Part shown: positions 9,636-18,354 of the stretch, piece by piece
How the letters are laid out: the number at the start of each line of letters is the position of its first letter
How positions within the stretch are numbered: position 1 is the first letter of the stretch
From: an uncultured virus (IMG/VR IMGVR_UViG_3300035688_001178)
Taxonomy: Duplodnaviria > Heunggongvirae > Uroviricota > Caudoviricetes
DNA length: 64,000 bases
Strand: one strand, 5' to 3'
IMG/VR virus record: IMGVR_UViG_3300035688_001178
Translations under genes and position numbers: made by a program
The notes under the pieces: generated by a model
The model's database searches: none
The model's input: only the letters and a program-made list of their open reading frames with translations
What the model was told of the DNA's origin: nothing

Positions 9636-9669
9636 AGGCATGCACCCCAAAATAGAAAAAGAAGGGAAC

Positions 9670-10020
9670 CTAATCGTCTTCAGCAGGTTTCTTTGTTAAA
9701 TCATATAGTTTCTTCTCAAAATGTGGTCTGGGCCTGAAATTTCTGCTCTTCAATCCATAACCTAACGTGTTTTGCTGCCGTTCACGGTTCCTCTTGGCAA
9801 TTTCCATTTCTTGGTGGGATGGAACCTTATTCAATTGCCTCGAAGGTCTGGATTGCCTCGAAGGTCTGGAAGAGAAGCAACGCTCGTGGTTTGCCGTGCC
9901 AACATGCGTCCAGCTTCCGCCGCTGCTGCATACAGCCTTTTCTTCAGAGAAGTCCTTGCATTCTCGCCATCGAGGACATCGCTTCCTCTCTTTGAACCAC
10001 TGCCGAATTCGTTCAAACAT
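9670..10020 (-). CDS. basic Cys-containing hypothetical protein
   Basis: ATG (MFERIR) after GGGGTG at 10027. Confidence 0.6.
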   Translation of the reverse strand: MFERIRQWFKERKRCPRWRECKDFSEEKAVCSSGGSWTHVGTANHERCFSSRPSRQSRPSRQLNKVPSHQEMEIAKRNRERQQNTLGYGLKSRNFRPRPHFEKKLYDLTKKPAEDD

Positions 10021-10082
10021 AGCGTTCACCCCAATTGTTTGTCTTGCACCTAAAAAAAGGTGGTGCCTTCTCCTCTGCGGGA

Positions 10083-10202
10083 CTATTTGAGAACCTTGAA
10101 GCCACATTTGATGCACTGTCCATACTCGACAAGTGCAGGGCTGACTTTGACAATCATCGTACACCCGCATTTTGGGCATTTGTGTGGCAACAGCTTAGGC
10201 AA
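10083..10202 (-). CDS. 39-aa Zn-ribbon microprotein
   Basis: TTG after motif; CPKCG..CIKCG. Confidence 0.6.
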   Translation of the reverse strand: MPKLLPHKCPKCGCTMIVKVSPALVEYGQCIKCGFKVLK

Positions 10203-10226
10203 TACATCACCCCGATAGAAAAAAGG

Positions 10227-10424
10227 TTAGGGTTGTTTTTGGTTTCCTTCGAGATAGTCTTGGAATTCAGGGAAATCGGCTATGTATTCTCCGTATTTCT
10301 TCAATAGCATTTCAACTTTGAACAGCATTGTGTAAGGGTTCCAAAATCCTATCCACATAAGAAACTCGTAGTATTTCACACGTAGGTAGAAGGAAAGCAT
10401 TTGCAAAGGATTAGGCTGTTTCAC
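10227..10424 (-). CDS. hypothetical protein
   Basis: Bracketed by motifs. Confidence 0.65.
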   Translation of the reverse strand: MKQPNPLQMLSFYLRVKYYEFLMWIGFWNPYTMLFKVEMLLKKYGEYIADFPEFQDYLEGNQKQP

Positions 10425-10450
10425 TGTTTCACCCCGAATAGAAAAAAGGG

Positions 10451-10681
10451 CTATCGTTGCTTCCGTTTCAGCTTTCGCTCAGTGTGGGCTTTCAGCGAAA
10501 ACCTTGGCTGCCCTAGAAAAACTGCGCATGCGTTCTTGGCAAGACACCATTTGCAGTCTCCGTCCCGCTGCGCCTTCCGACACTGAACAACCTTCACTTG
10601 TGACTCGATCGCCACACGCTTAGGAACAACGATAGTAACATGCTTTCCCTCATTTTCACAGAATACACTCGTAACAAACAC
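10451..10681 (-). CDS. Cys-rich hypothetical protein with QPRFSL tail
   Basis: Bracketed by motifs; exact start uncertain. Confidence 0.6.
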   Translation of the reverse strand: MFVTSVFCENEGKHVTIVVPKRVAIESQVKVVQCRKAQRDGDCKWCLAKNACAVFLGQPRFSLKAHTERKLKRKQR

Positions 10682-10702
10682 CCCAGAAAAAAAGAAGGGA
10701 AA

Positions 10703-10981
10703 CTAGTCCAAAGCGACTAACTTGCATGCGTCATCCAATTCGAAGTCTACGCAATCTTCAACGTCTTCATCAACGTGATTGCAGTCGTATAGCCATCGAC
10801 AACAAGCACACTTGTCCAATATGTTCTTCTCTACCACATTTTCCGTAAAATCACCCCAGAAGTCTTTGTAAGCGTCTGTGCTTTCCTCGCCCAATTTCCT
10901 AGCCAAAAGAGTCGCCCCTAATGGCTGCCCGCTTCCGCTCACTTCGACTTGAAAGTTCATACCCGAAGGTATTAGTTTCAA
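10703..10981 (-). CDS. acidic Cys-containing hypothetical protein
   Basis: ORF ending at junction motif. Confidence 0.6.
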   Translation of the reverse strand: MKLIPSGMNFQVEVSGSGQPLGATLLARKLGEESTDAYKDFWGDFTENVVEKNILDKCACCRWLYDCNHVDEDVEDCVDFELDDACKLVALD

Positions 10982-10990
10982 TGTGAAGAA

Positions 10991-11590
10991 CCCTAACCAA
11001 GATTAATTGGGGGTGGTTGATTAGGGCTTGAAGACAAGGAAGTAATTAGGCTTCTGTTTCGTGTTTTACGGGCTAGTTTCCCTTCTCGTAGCTTACCCCG
11101 CCAATCAGCTCAAAGGGAAACGTACTCATGTCCTTACAAGCTTTAGCCGTAGGGACGAGTAGCTCCTATTCGGTTACCTATGGAAAAGACATCATGAGGG
11201 TGGTGAGTCGCCCCTTTAAAACGACTCGGCGGTCTTCCTTCTCCACAGACCTTTGAGGTTTAACGCACAAACGCTTCTGTCTTTGTCGTAGGTTCTTTTC
11301 CAGCCGCTAGCTTACGCTAGCTTTCAAGAGGGGAAAATTGTTTCAAAAAAAAGCGGGGACTCTCCTCTGCCCTTCCCTTCACTCTGACGGCAACAGCTCT
11401 AGGCATTTAGCCCAAGTTGCCGAGTTTGAGGATTATGGGAAGGACTGAAGACAGTTCACGCCCTAATTGACAAGTGAGTAAGTTTCTGGAGAACCTACAA
11501 TATTGTCTTCTCAAGCCTTTATTCTGTCTCTCGTGCGTCTAGCTCTGGGGGATGACCTTTCCATGTCGCTGTCGGGCTAACCGAACAGCT
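10991..11590. ncRNA. putative large structured RNA (or ssDNA) element, family unknown
   Basis: ORF-free; at least 9 complementary segment pairs including long-range closing helices. Confidence 0.5.
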
Positions 11591-11642
11591 ATAACAGGAA
11601 AAAAGGGGAACGGTGGTTGAAGAACGGAGTAAGCACTAGAGC

Positions 11643-12119
11643 TTACTTCTTTTTCTTCTGCTTTGACTGTTCGAGAGCCTTGTTCATCCAATCGGACAAG
11701 CTGAAGCGTGGCTGGACAGGATGCCCCAACTCTTTCAGAGAGTCAGGTATAGCAACGCTGTCGCAATACTTCTGAGCCTGTGATAGAGGCTTTATCTTTT
11801 CGAGAAACGGCTTCTTGGCTTCATCGGCAGTTTCCTTCAAGGTTTTCAGTTCTTTAGACTGAACCTTGATGGCACTTCTTGCCTCTGAGTCTTCAGCCTC
11901 TAGAAGTTTCTCGATGTTCTCGTTCAATGCTTTTCGCTTCTCGTTCACGGCTTCAATCTCAGCCTTGCACTTCTCAGACATATCTTGCTGAGTAAGCCTT
12001 CGGGCTGTAAAGTAGCCGTAGCGTTCAGCAACCAGCTCTGCAAAAGCCTCTAACATATCCGACTTGGTAACTTCGGCTGTCTCTAGGACAGTCTCTTGAG
12101 CAGCTTTTTGCTTTGGCAT
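11643..12119 (-). CDS. coiled-coil protein with QPRFSL tail
   Basis: K/E/A-rich heptads; GGGAG SD. Confidence 0.8.
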   Translation of the reverse strand: MPKQKAAQETVLETAEVTKSDMLEAFAELVAERYGYFTARRLTQQDMSEKCKAEIEAVNEKRKALNENIEKLLEAEDSEARSAIKVQSKELKTLKETADEAKKPFLEKIKPLSQAQKYCDSVAIPDSLKELGHPVQPRFSLSDWMNKALEQSKQKKKK

Positions 12120-12178
12120 AATGTATTCTCCCTTTTGTAAGGAAGCTAACCCCTTGCGCTATTTTGCCGTAGAGGATT

Positions 12179-12484
12179 TCAGAAAGGCTTTAACTCCCTA
12201 TCGCCCAATCCAGAAAAAGGGATATTTTGAAGGCTTGGAAACTTGCGTATAGCTTTCCAAAACCCCACGTTACTGATTACACGCCCCAGAGTCTCAACTG
12301 TCTCCTTATCGCTGAACCGCACAATACTAAAACAGTCGAAGTCATGCAGAGGTATCTTTTTCACAAAAACCCAACATTCCCCATGCGACTTGTTTCTATG
12401 CTTTCCCATGCAGTCCTTAAAGGTTTCAATGTCTTGACTCTGGACTATGTAACCACAGTCTTTACACTTGCCCACGTACAACAT
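12179..12484 (-). CDS. Zn-finger hypothetical protein
   Basis: CKDCG..H..H; GGGG SD. Confidence 0.65.
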   Translation of the reverse strand: MLYVGKCKDCGYIVQSQDIETFKDCMGKHRNKSHGECWVFVKKIPLHDFDCFSIVRFSDKETVETLGRVISNVGFWKAIRKFPSLQNIPFSGLGDRELKPF

Positions 12485-13022
12485 ACCAAAACCCCTACTA
12501 TCGTGTGGGCGACAGTATAGAGAAGCCTTAGTTAATCCTCAGTTTTCCTAACCCTTTCGTAGAGTTAGGTAATTAAATTTCAACGGTTTTATTTCGCTTC
12601 AAAAAGGTTTTATTTTAACCGTTTTAGAAAAACAGCCTTCATTTAACTGTTTTTCAGCCTATGCGTTCATTTTTGAACGTGAAACACGTTGTTAGGGTTT
12701 TTGTGTTTCGCCTTCCCGATTAGCCTTTTTTAACCCTTATCGGAAGGTAAAACTTAGCTATTTTCGCACATGACAAACAGTTTTACGGCACAGCCTAAGA
12801 CTAGATGACAGCCTACGACACTATAAGCGTTTTTGTGGCGTTTTTGTTCACTCTGAAACACCCAACAGTTTAAGAGCATTAGTCAGAGTCAGTTAACTTG
12901 CGTATTTGTTGAAAGCATTAGTTTTGTGTGTCCGATTTCGCTAAGTTCTAAATTGCTGTGTTATGTTGCTATAAGCACACAACACAAAAACATCATGGCA
13001 CGATTTTCATATATAAATCTTG

Positions 13023-13042
13023 CGTTTTATAAGTATAAAACG
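13023..13042. promoter_or_regulatory. palindromic site CGTTTTA-taagta-TAAAACG next to TATA (tatataaa)
   Basis: Perfect copy in long intergenic region. Confidence 0.75.
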
Positions 13043-13584
13043 AACATGACAAACACATGGGTTTGTGATAAAATGGCTCATTCTGCCATAATTCCATTAT
13101 TCCGACATAATGCAACCCTAGAACGTAAAATGATTAGGGTAGGCTAGGGTGAACAAGTGTAAGGGCTCTATTCTGAGGTTTAATATGCGACAGGAACCCG
13201 AATCTAGGGATAGGTATCCACTTGAAAGCCCTTGGCAAGACTATGTGCAACATACCTGTTAATCATACCTGTTATACATGATGTATAACATGTCCATGCC
13301 AAGCCCTGATAACGCAGTCTCTCAGCTGACCCTTAAAGGGTCTGCCTGATAACAAGAAGCGTCTGGCAGAAGGGTTTGCTGTCTGGGAACGAAAGTGTTT
13401 TATCTGAACGCAGCGTAGGAGTTGCAATTAGGTACTCTGCAAGGACTCAGAAAAAATGCTAGACAACGTGAATAGCCGTGAACAAAAGAAAGAAAAAGGC
13501 CAGGGTTACTTACCCGAGTGCACAGGACGATCTTGTAGAGTGGCTGCTCTGCATAGACCTTCTAAAGTGTGAGACACGCTGAGG

Positions 13585-13974
13585 CTACCTGTATTTCTTA
13601 GCTCTTCCGCCCTTCGGTTTGAGTCCCTTCTTCTTGAGAGCAGCATACCCTTTGCTTCCTAGCTTGGTGATCGGGTAGAGTTCAGCCTGGGGATGCCACC
13701 AGGCAGCGTCGTCTTCCTTGCCTGGCGTGAGAGAGAATAGGTGTTTTTTGAACTGTGTCTTGCTCGGCAGGTAGCCGGCGGACAGAATAAGGCCTAACTG
13801 TTTCAGGATCCAGAAATAGCGCCACACTGCAGGGTAGCTGGTGGTTTTCTTGAATTGCCTGTAGATCTGGTAGAACCCGTAAGGGTTTCCTTTCTTGACC
13901 GTTTGAAGATATTCGCGGATAGCTTCTCCAATCGGCATGCCCTCAAGAACAATAGTCTCAGACGTCACTTTCAC
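13585..13974 (-). CDS. winged-helix-like DNA-binding protein
   Basis: TSYPAVWRYFWILKQLGLI helix-wing pattern, basic tail. Confidence 0.6.
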   Translation of the reverse strand: MKVTSETIVLEGMPIGEAIREYLQTVKKGNPYGFYQIYRQFKKTTSYPAVWRYFWILKQLGLILSAGYLPSKTQFKKHLFSLTPGKEDDAAWWHPQAELYPITKLGSKGYAALKKKGLKPKGGRAKKYR

Positions 13975-13983
13975 CCTATGGCA

Positions 13984-14214
13984 TTATTCTCTTGTCCAGC
14001 TAATTCTTTCGTATTGGTCAAGCATCTTACGGATTTTGAGTTCTAATTCGTCTTCATCGCGTTTCTCAAAACGTCCCTTGATGACTATTTCTCTAGCAAG
14101 GGCCTCTGCAAATCTGTCCTTCCACCCAAAACCAGGGCGCTGTGTTTTCTGAGAGTGACATCTTGTGTGAAAGTCTTTCTTCTTTTCGCTTGGAGGTCGA
14201 TACAAATGATTCAC
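13984..14214 (-). CDS. hypothetical protein with YRPPSEKKKDFHTRCHSQ leader
   Basis: Leader duplicated in adjacent gene. Confidence 0.7.
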   Translation of the reverse strand: MNHLYRPPSEKKKDFHTRCHSQKTQRPGFGWKDRFAEALAREIVIKGRFEKRDEDELELKIRKMLDQYERISWTRE

Positions 14215-14615
14215 CTATGTTCTCGTGTAAGGGTTATGGTCTGTCCATCTGATGTTGCTGAGACGAATCTAAAGTTTCCATAGCGTATGGACTTGAAAAA
14301 GGCGTCTACTTTGTCATGATCGCTGCTGTCTTTCAGAATGAAGAGAGTACCATTCTTCTTAGTGTAGACGGATATGCCCCATGCAGCGTATCCTGTGAGG
14401 GCACCAGCCAATGCTCCTCCCTCAGTAGCATAGGAACGATAGTCTTCTATTCTTATTTCTTCTTGGGCCATTCTGTTGAGTTCCGAAGCTATGTCTGCCG
14501 CATTCCATCCTTCCGCCACTTCAAAAGACACAAAGAGGGTGCCAGTAAATAGAGATCGTTGAGAATGGCATCGAGTGTGAAAGTCTTCTTTCTTTTCTGT
14601 TGGAGGTCGATACAA
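14211..14615 (-). CDS. hypothetical protein with YRPPTEKKEDFHTRCHSQ leader
   Basis: AGGTG SD; duplicated leader. Confidence 0.75.
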   Translation of the reverse strand: MYRPPTEKKEDFHTRCHSQRSLFTGTLFVSFEVAEGWNAADIASELNRMAQEEIRIEDYRSYATEGGALAGALTGYAAWGISVYTKKNGTLFILKDSSDHDKVDAFFKSIRYGNFRFVSATSDGQTITLTREHR

Positions 14616-14768
14616 TCAGTTCACCTAAAGCTTTTATGCGGTTCCACAGTTATTAATTTATTTGAGGGGTCACAGTGATGAATAGCCCAGAAGTTCTCCT
14701 TTCTCCCATCTCCCCCTCGGTTGGACATTTAGCTGTGAGAATGGGCTGTCTGAGTGCCCCGAAACTAG

Positions 14769-15767
14769 CTATTCTTCCTCGAAGTTGATTCCGTTAGGAT
14801 TGATGCTGATGGCGTACTCGTGTTTCTTGTACATGGACCGTTGTATGTCGACAGGAGGAACCATGTACGTTCCGGCGTAGGGCAGCTTGTGGCCCATCCA
14901 GTGCTCAACCATGAGAAGGTGTTTCGTGTCCTGAGTGTGGAAGCTGAGGCCCAGGTAGGTGCTGAAGAATGCTCTTAACCGATGGGGTGTTATGTGAGGT
15001 TTTAATCCGGCGCGGATGCTTGTTCTCTTGACCACGTATTCTATTGCTCGAGGAGACAGGCTGAAGATGGGCTCCTGGTCCTTGAAGTGCGAGTCTTTTA
15101 GATATCTCTTAAGATAGCTCAGAGAGTCTTCGCCTAGGAACGTGTCGTATTTGTGTTCCCCTATTTTTTGTCTCTTCATTGGCACGTGTAAGGGTTCGAT
15201 TCCCTGCTCCAGCTCACGTTTGATGTTGCCGTAGAAAATCAGTTCCGTGAAGTCTTCTAAGCTGATGCCTGTCTGTGCCATGCAGATGATGTAAGTTTGG
15301 TCCCGAAGGTTCTTTGCCTTCTTCATTATTTTGGCAAACTCCTGGGGGCTCGGAACGACATTGCTGCTCTCTCTTGTCTTCCAGCTCTTCGGACTTTTGG
15401 CTACAAGCTCAAGCAGCTTGCTGCCCTGGGCGAGATAGAAACTTTTTATTATGTTGTGGGCCGTGACTACGCTGCCTCTGGCCAGAGGACGCCGAGAGTC
15501 CTGCTCCATCGAATCACGCCAGTTCTGCAGCAGGAGCTCGTGTTGACTGTTCACTGTCGCATCGTCAGATTTCATGTGTTCCTTTCTCTCTTCTATCAGC
15601 TCGTCAGGCGTTTTTCCTGTGAAGACACAGAACCTTCTCAAGAAGTGCAGGTAGGTCTTCTCTGTCGACGTCGAGCGGATCCCGTGAGAATAAACGTAGT
15701 TTAACCAACGCTCCACCGAGGAGTAACTATGCAGGTCTTCTTCAAGCTGTATTGTTTTTGCTTTCAT
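14769..15767 (-). CDS. tyrosine recombinase/integrase
   Basis: SAM-like N-domain (STEKTY..LRRF), PHRLRAFF, WMGH..Y; TGISLED replaces usual TGxR. Confidence 0.9.
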   Translation of the reverse strand: MKAKTIQLEEDLHSYSSVERWLNYVYSHGIRSTSTEKTYLHFLRRFCVFTGKTPDELIEERKEHMKSDDATVNSQHELLLQNWRDSMEQDSRRPLARGSVVTAHNIIKSFYLAQGSKLLELVAKSPKSWKTRESSNVVPSPQEFAKIMKKAKNLRDQTYIICMAQTGISLEDFTELIFYGNIKRELEQGIEPLHVPMKRQKIGEHKYDTFLGEDSLSYLKRYLKDSHFKDQEPIFSLSPRAIEYVVKRTSIRAGLKPHITPHRLRAFFSTYLGLSFHTQDTKHLLMVEHWMGHKLPYAGTYMVPPVDIQRSMYKKHEYAISINPNGINFEEE

Positions 15768-16032
15768 TTGGCTGCTCTACCTCAATAGGGTCCTCTTTCA
15801 ACTTTAAGACCATGCCGTCCATGTTGACATCGCCTGAAACGCCGAAATAGGCTTCATGTTCAGGACAGAAAGCGTAAGGAAGTGCGAGGTCCGTAGTACC
15901 GACCATTGTGCCGATCATAGTTACTGACTCGATCGTTAGAATGTGTGATTCAGGGCCTATACTGCAAGCTACTTGAAGCGATTTCTCAAGCTTCTGTTTG
16001 TACCAAATAACTTTTGGAAGTTTTCCTTTCAT
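15742..16032 (-). CDS. hypothetical protein
   Basis: Overlapping operon ORF. Confidence 0.6.
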   Translation of the reverse strand: MKGKLPKVIWYKQKLEKSLQVACSIGPESHILTIESVTMIGTMVGTTDLALPYAFCPEHEAYFGVSGDVNMDGMVLKLKEDPIEVEQPNESKNNTA

Positions 16033-16259
16033 TTCTCCTCTATCACCTGCTTGACTTCTTCATCCACGACGTCGAGGGCCCCCTTCAAAGCCGACCACTT
16101 TATGACTGCGGGATAGACGGCTTGATGGAGCATTACGCCAAAGAACAGCGTACAGCTCAACACTCTGTAGTCCTCGGACCTGCCGCAGGCCCACTTTATA
16201 TTCTTCGCCGTCGACGCGCAGAATGGCCACAGTGGACATTTTGTTCTTTCCCTTTCCAT
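16029..16259 (-). CDS. Cys-containing hypothetical protein
   Basis: ATGA coupling with downstream ORF. Confidence 0.55.
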   Translation of the reverse strand: MERERTKCPLWPFCASTAKNIKWACGRSEDYRVLSCTLFFGVMLHQAVYPAVIKWSALKGALDVVDEEVKQVIEEK

Positions 16260-16421
16260 TTTGAATCGCCTTACGTTATTCCTAGGAGGGCCCTATCGTA
16301 GACTTCTCTGAGTACGTCCAAGGTTTCTTCGTTTGTGAGACAGTATTTAGGTTTGAACTCTCTGAATATCAGCTCGCGCAGCGCAAGGACGAGTTTCTCC
16401 TTAGTTTCCTTGTCCAAGAGC

Positions 16422-17204
16422 TCACTTCGCTTTCAACTCTTTTAGCAGAGTTATGACTGCCTTTATGGACGCAGCGCTCTTGGCCTCAACGTGGATTGAG
16501 ACAGTACAGACTAGATTCGGTTTAAGTGGTTCGCCAGGATGTTCTTGTGGTTGCTGAGGTGTCTCAGCCTCACTCTTTTTCAGGTCCGCTATCACTTCGC
16601 CAGCGGTTTTGAACCTTTTAGATTTTCCCTCTTCGATTTCCTTGAGGCTTATGGCAACGTCTTCTTCTTCAGACTCCGAAAGCCTGTTCTTTTTATGGGT
16701 CCAACGCGGCTTAATTGCCCCACTATTTTTAAGTCTAGCTAAAGCGCATGCTACCGCGTGACGGCTGCGGTTCGGGAAGTTGGTGGCGATCTCGCCCACC
16801 TTCTTGTGCTCGTTCCACAATGTTATGAGAAGTTTGTAATCATCCTCGGTCCAACGCGGGCCCAAAGGCGTATTCTTGCCCTTCAGCACACGTTGAAGTC
16901 CAGCCTCGGGCTTCGGTGTATCTCCAAATTCCGTGTGAATACGGTTAATGCCTTGGCCTTGCGACGAAGGGACTTGAACCCCTGCGAGCTCTGAAGCCTC
17001 GGCAGGATCCAGCCGCACAAGCACTACAGGCCGATTGATATTTCCAAAGTCCGTGTGAACACAGTTGATGCCTTGGTCGTAGAGCTCTCGCTCCCAGGAT
17101 TTGCGGAACTCGCTTCCGGGTATTATGATACAGTTGCCCCAGGGTGGACAAGGTTTAACGACAAAACGTTGTTTCAAGTCTTCAATGTCAACCATGCAGT
17201 TCAC
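16422..17204 (-). CDS. Myb/SANT-like HTH DNA-binding protein
   Basis: RWTEDDYKLL..EIATNFPNRSRHAV..RL; internal duplicated QGINxxHTxFG. Confidence 0.65.
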   Translation of the reverse strand: MNCMVDIEDLKQRFVVKPCPPWGNCIIIPGSEFRKSWERELYDQGINCVHTDFGNINRPVVLVRLDPAEASELAGVQVPSSQGQGINRIHTEFGDTPKPEAGLQRVLKGKNTPLGPRWTEDDYKLLITLWNEHKKVGEIATNFPNRSRHAVACALARLKNSGAIKPRWTHKKNRLSESEEEDVAISLKEIEEGKSKRFKTAGEVIADLKKSEAETPQQPQEHPGEPLKPNLVCTVSIHVEAKSAASIKAVITLLKELKAK

Positions 17205-17210
17205 ATCTTG

Positions 17211-17230
17211 CGTTTTACGTTGATAAAACG
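17211..17230. promoter_or_regulatory. palindromic site CGTTTTA-cgttga-TAAAACG
   Basis: Perfect copy directly upstream of Myb-like gene. Confidence 0.75.
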
Positions 17231-17267
17231 AATTGCCCCTTTTAGCATAAGAATCTTTCGCTCATGC

Positions 17268-17402
17268 TTAAGCCACCTTATCTGCAAAGTAGACGTCAAA
17301 GTAGACGTCCCATCCACAACGAGGGCAAGTACCCATCTCACAATCTCCCTTGGGACATTTTACGATAGTTCCGCATTTAGGGCATTTGGCAGTTCTCAGC
17401 AT
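17268..17402 (-). CDS. 44-aa Zn-ribbon microprotein
   Basis: CPKCG..CPRCG read from sequence. Confidence 0.55.
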   Translation of the reverse strand: MLRTAKCPKCGTIVKCPKGDCEMGTCPRCGWDVYFDVYFADKVA

Positions 17403-17403
17403 T

Positions 17404-18348
17404 TCAGACCACGATCTTCTCAACCTTCTCCGCAAGGATCTGTTCCTTCCACTTGGCCTGCCCGTGTCTTTCGGCTACTTTCCAATTTATCGAGGAGATG
17501 CAACGATTTAAGTTCGTAAGCTCTCCTACATAATTATTCCAGTAACCATGGTTGGACGTGCTTCCCGGTGTTTCGATGGGGTCATTGCAGTTCTTCATGC
17601 TGAAGTCGAACTTTCTTCTCGATAGCTCTAGGTAATCATTTTCAGGCATGTTGAAGAGCCTTGGATAGTGATATGTCCCAAAGATCAAGTGTGTGGAGCG
17701 TTCCTGCTTGTAGTCTTCGTAATCGACGTTTCTAGAGAATCTATCACCAACGAGAAAAGCTCGCCAATACCCGCATTTCAGGGTCTTCTGGCAAAAAGGC
17801 TCTACCGCTTGAGGAGACCACTCGGGAAGCCCGCCCACCTCTTTCCAGACGTCCTTTCTAAAGCAGTTACACCAAGCCCCCGCAAGTCCTCCCCCGATGA
17901 TAAATTTAGTGTCTCTATGCATCAAATATTCTTCAGGGTGCATACCCTCGGGGTTTAGGAACCCCACATAAGGCTTGTCAAGAACATTCGTCAAGTCCTT
18001 GAAGCAGGGCCGGGTAATCTCACAATCGTCCTCAATCACCACAATGTACTTGCTCGTGGCACAGCTTATCCCCCTGTTCTGCTGAACACCCTGTCCAAGA
18101 GGTCTACCCATGTTCAATATGGAGGTACTTACCCGATCTTTGACCTGTAGTGACGTTAGGTCTAACCCGCTGTCATCCACCACTATTATCTCGAATGGGT
18201 AATCGGCATGCCTATGAATCGAGTTTATACAGTTCTCCAGCAGCTCCCACCTCTTTGCTTGGGGTCTAGCAGGGTTGTTCACATAGCTTACAACTACTGA
18301 CACGTACTCTGTGCGGTTCTCAAATCGCATGAAGTCCACGTCACTCAT
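17404..18348 (-). CDS. glycosyltransferase family 2
   Basis: VSVVVSY, EIIVVDDSG, NRGI, IEDD, WKEVGG. Confidence 0.85.
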   Translation of the reverse strand: MSDVDFMRFENRTEYVSVVVSYVNNPARPQAKRWELLENCINSIHRHADYPFEIIVVDDSGLDLTSLQVKDRVSTSILNMGRPLGQGVQQNRGISCATSKYIVVIEDDCEITRPCFKDLTNVLDKPYVGFLNPEGMHPEEYLMHRDTKFIIGGGLAGAWCNCFRKDVWKEVGGLPEWSPQAVEPFCQKTLKCGYWRAFLVGDRFSRNVDYEDYKQERSTHLIFGTYHYPRLFNMPENDYLELSRRKFDFSMKNCNDPIETPGSTSNHGYWNNYVGELTNLNRCISSINWKVAERHGQAKWKEQILAEKVEKIVV

Positions 18349-18354
18349 TTCTTC

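Larger units (their letters stand above)
350..10701 (-). repeat. Dispersed intergenic junction motif, minus-strand consensus (T)CCCTTTTTTCT-N2-5-GGGGTG
   Basis: Plus-strand CACCCC..AGAAAAA(A)GGG at 350, 851, 1444, 2541, 2788, 3442, 3836, 3974, 4293, 6733, 7739, 7997, 8818, 9152, 9389, 9643, 10208, 10430, 10679; expanded copies at 4560, 5178, 5950; each lies between a stop and the next start. Confidence 0.92.

Noticed and set aside
37..10586. Plus-strand ORFs over the early array and most antisense ORFs elsewhere
   Set aside because: Shadows of better-supported opposite-strand genes; no SD or motifs
350..10701. CRISPR array or classical integron attC array
   Set aside because: Spacers are whole genes of 100-1100 bp, repeats are degenerate and non-palindromic, no cas genes, no attC R/L boxes
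11040..11530. RNase P RNA or group I/II intron identity for the structured element
   Set aside because: Minus-strand GAGGAGAGUCC and ACAGAA segments exist but do not form a proper P4; no intron P7 or domain V consensus seen
12926..13147. 73-aa plus-strand ORF
   Set aside because: Spans TATA and palindrome in an AT-rich control region; no SD
15190..15210. tRNA T-arm-like AGGGTTCGATTCCCT inside the integrase (SSV-type attP?)
   Set aside because: No anticodon arm or acceptor pairing seen; explained by coding sequence QGIEPL
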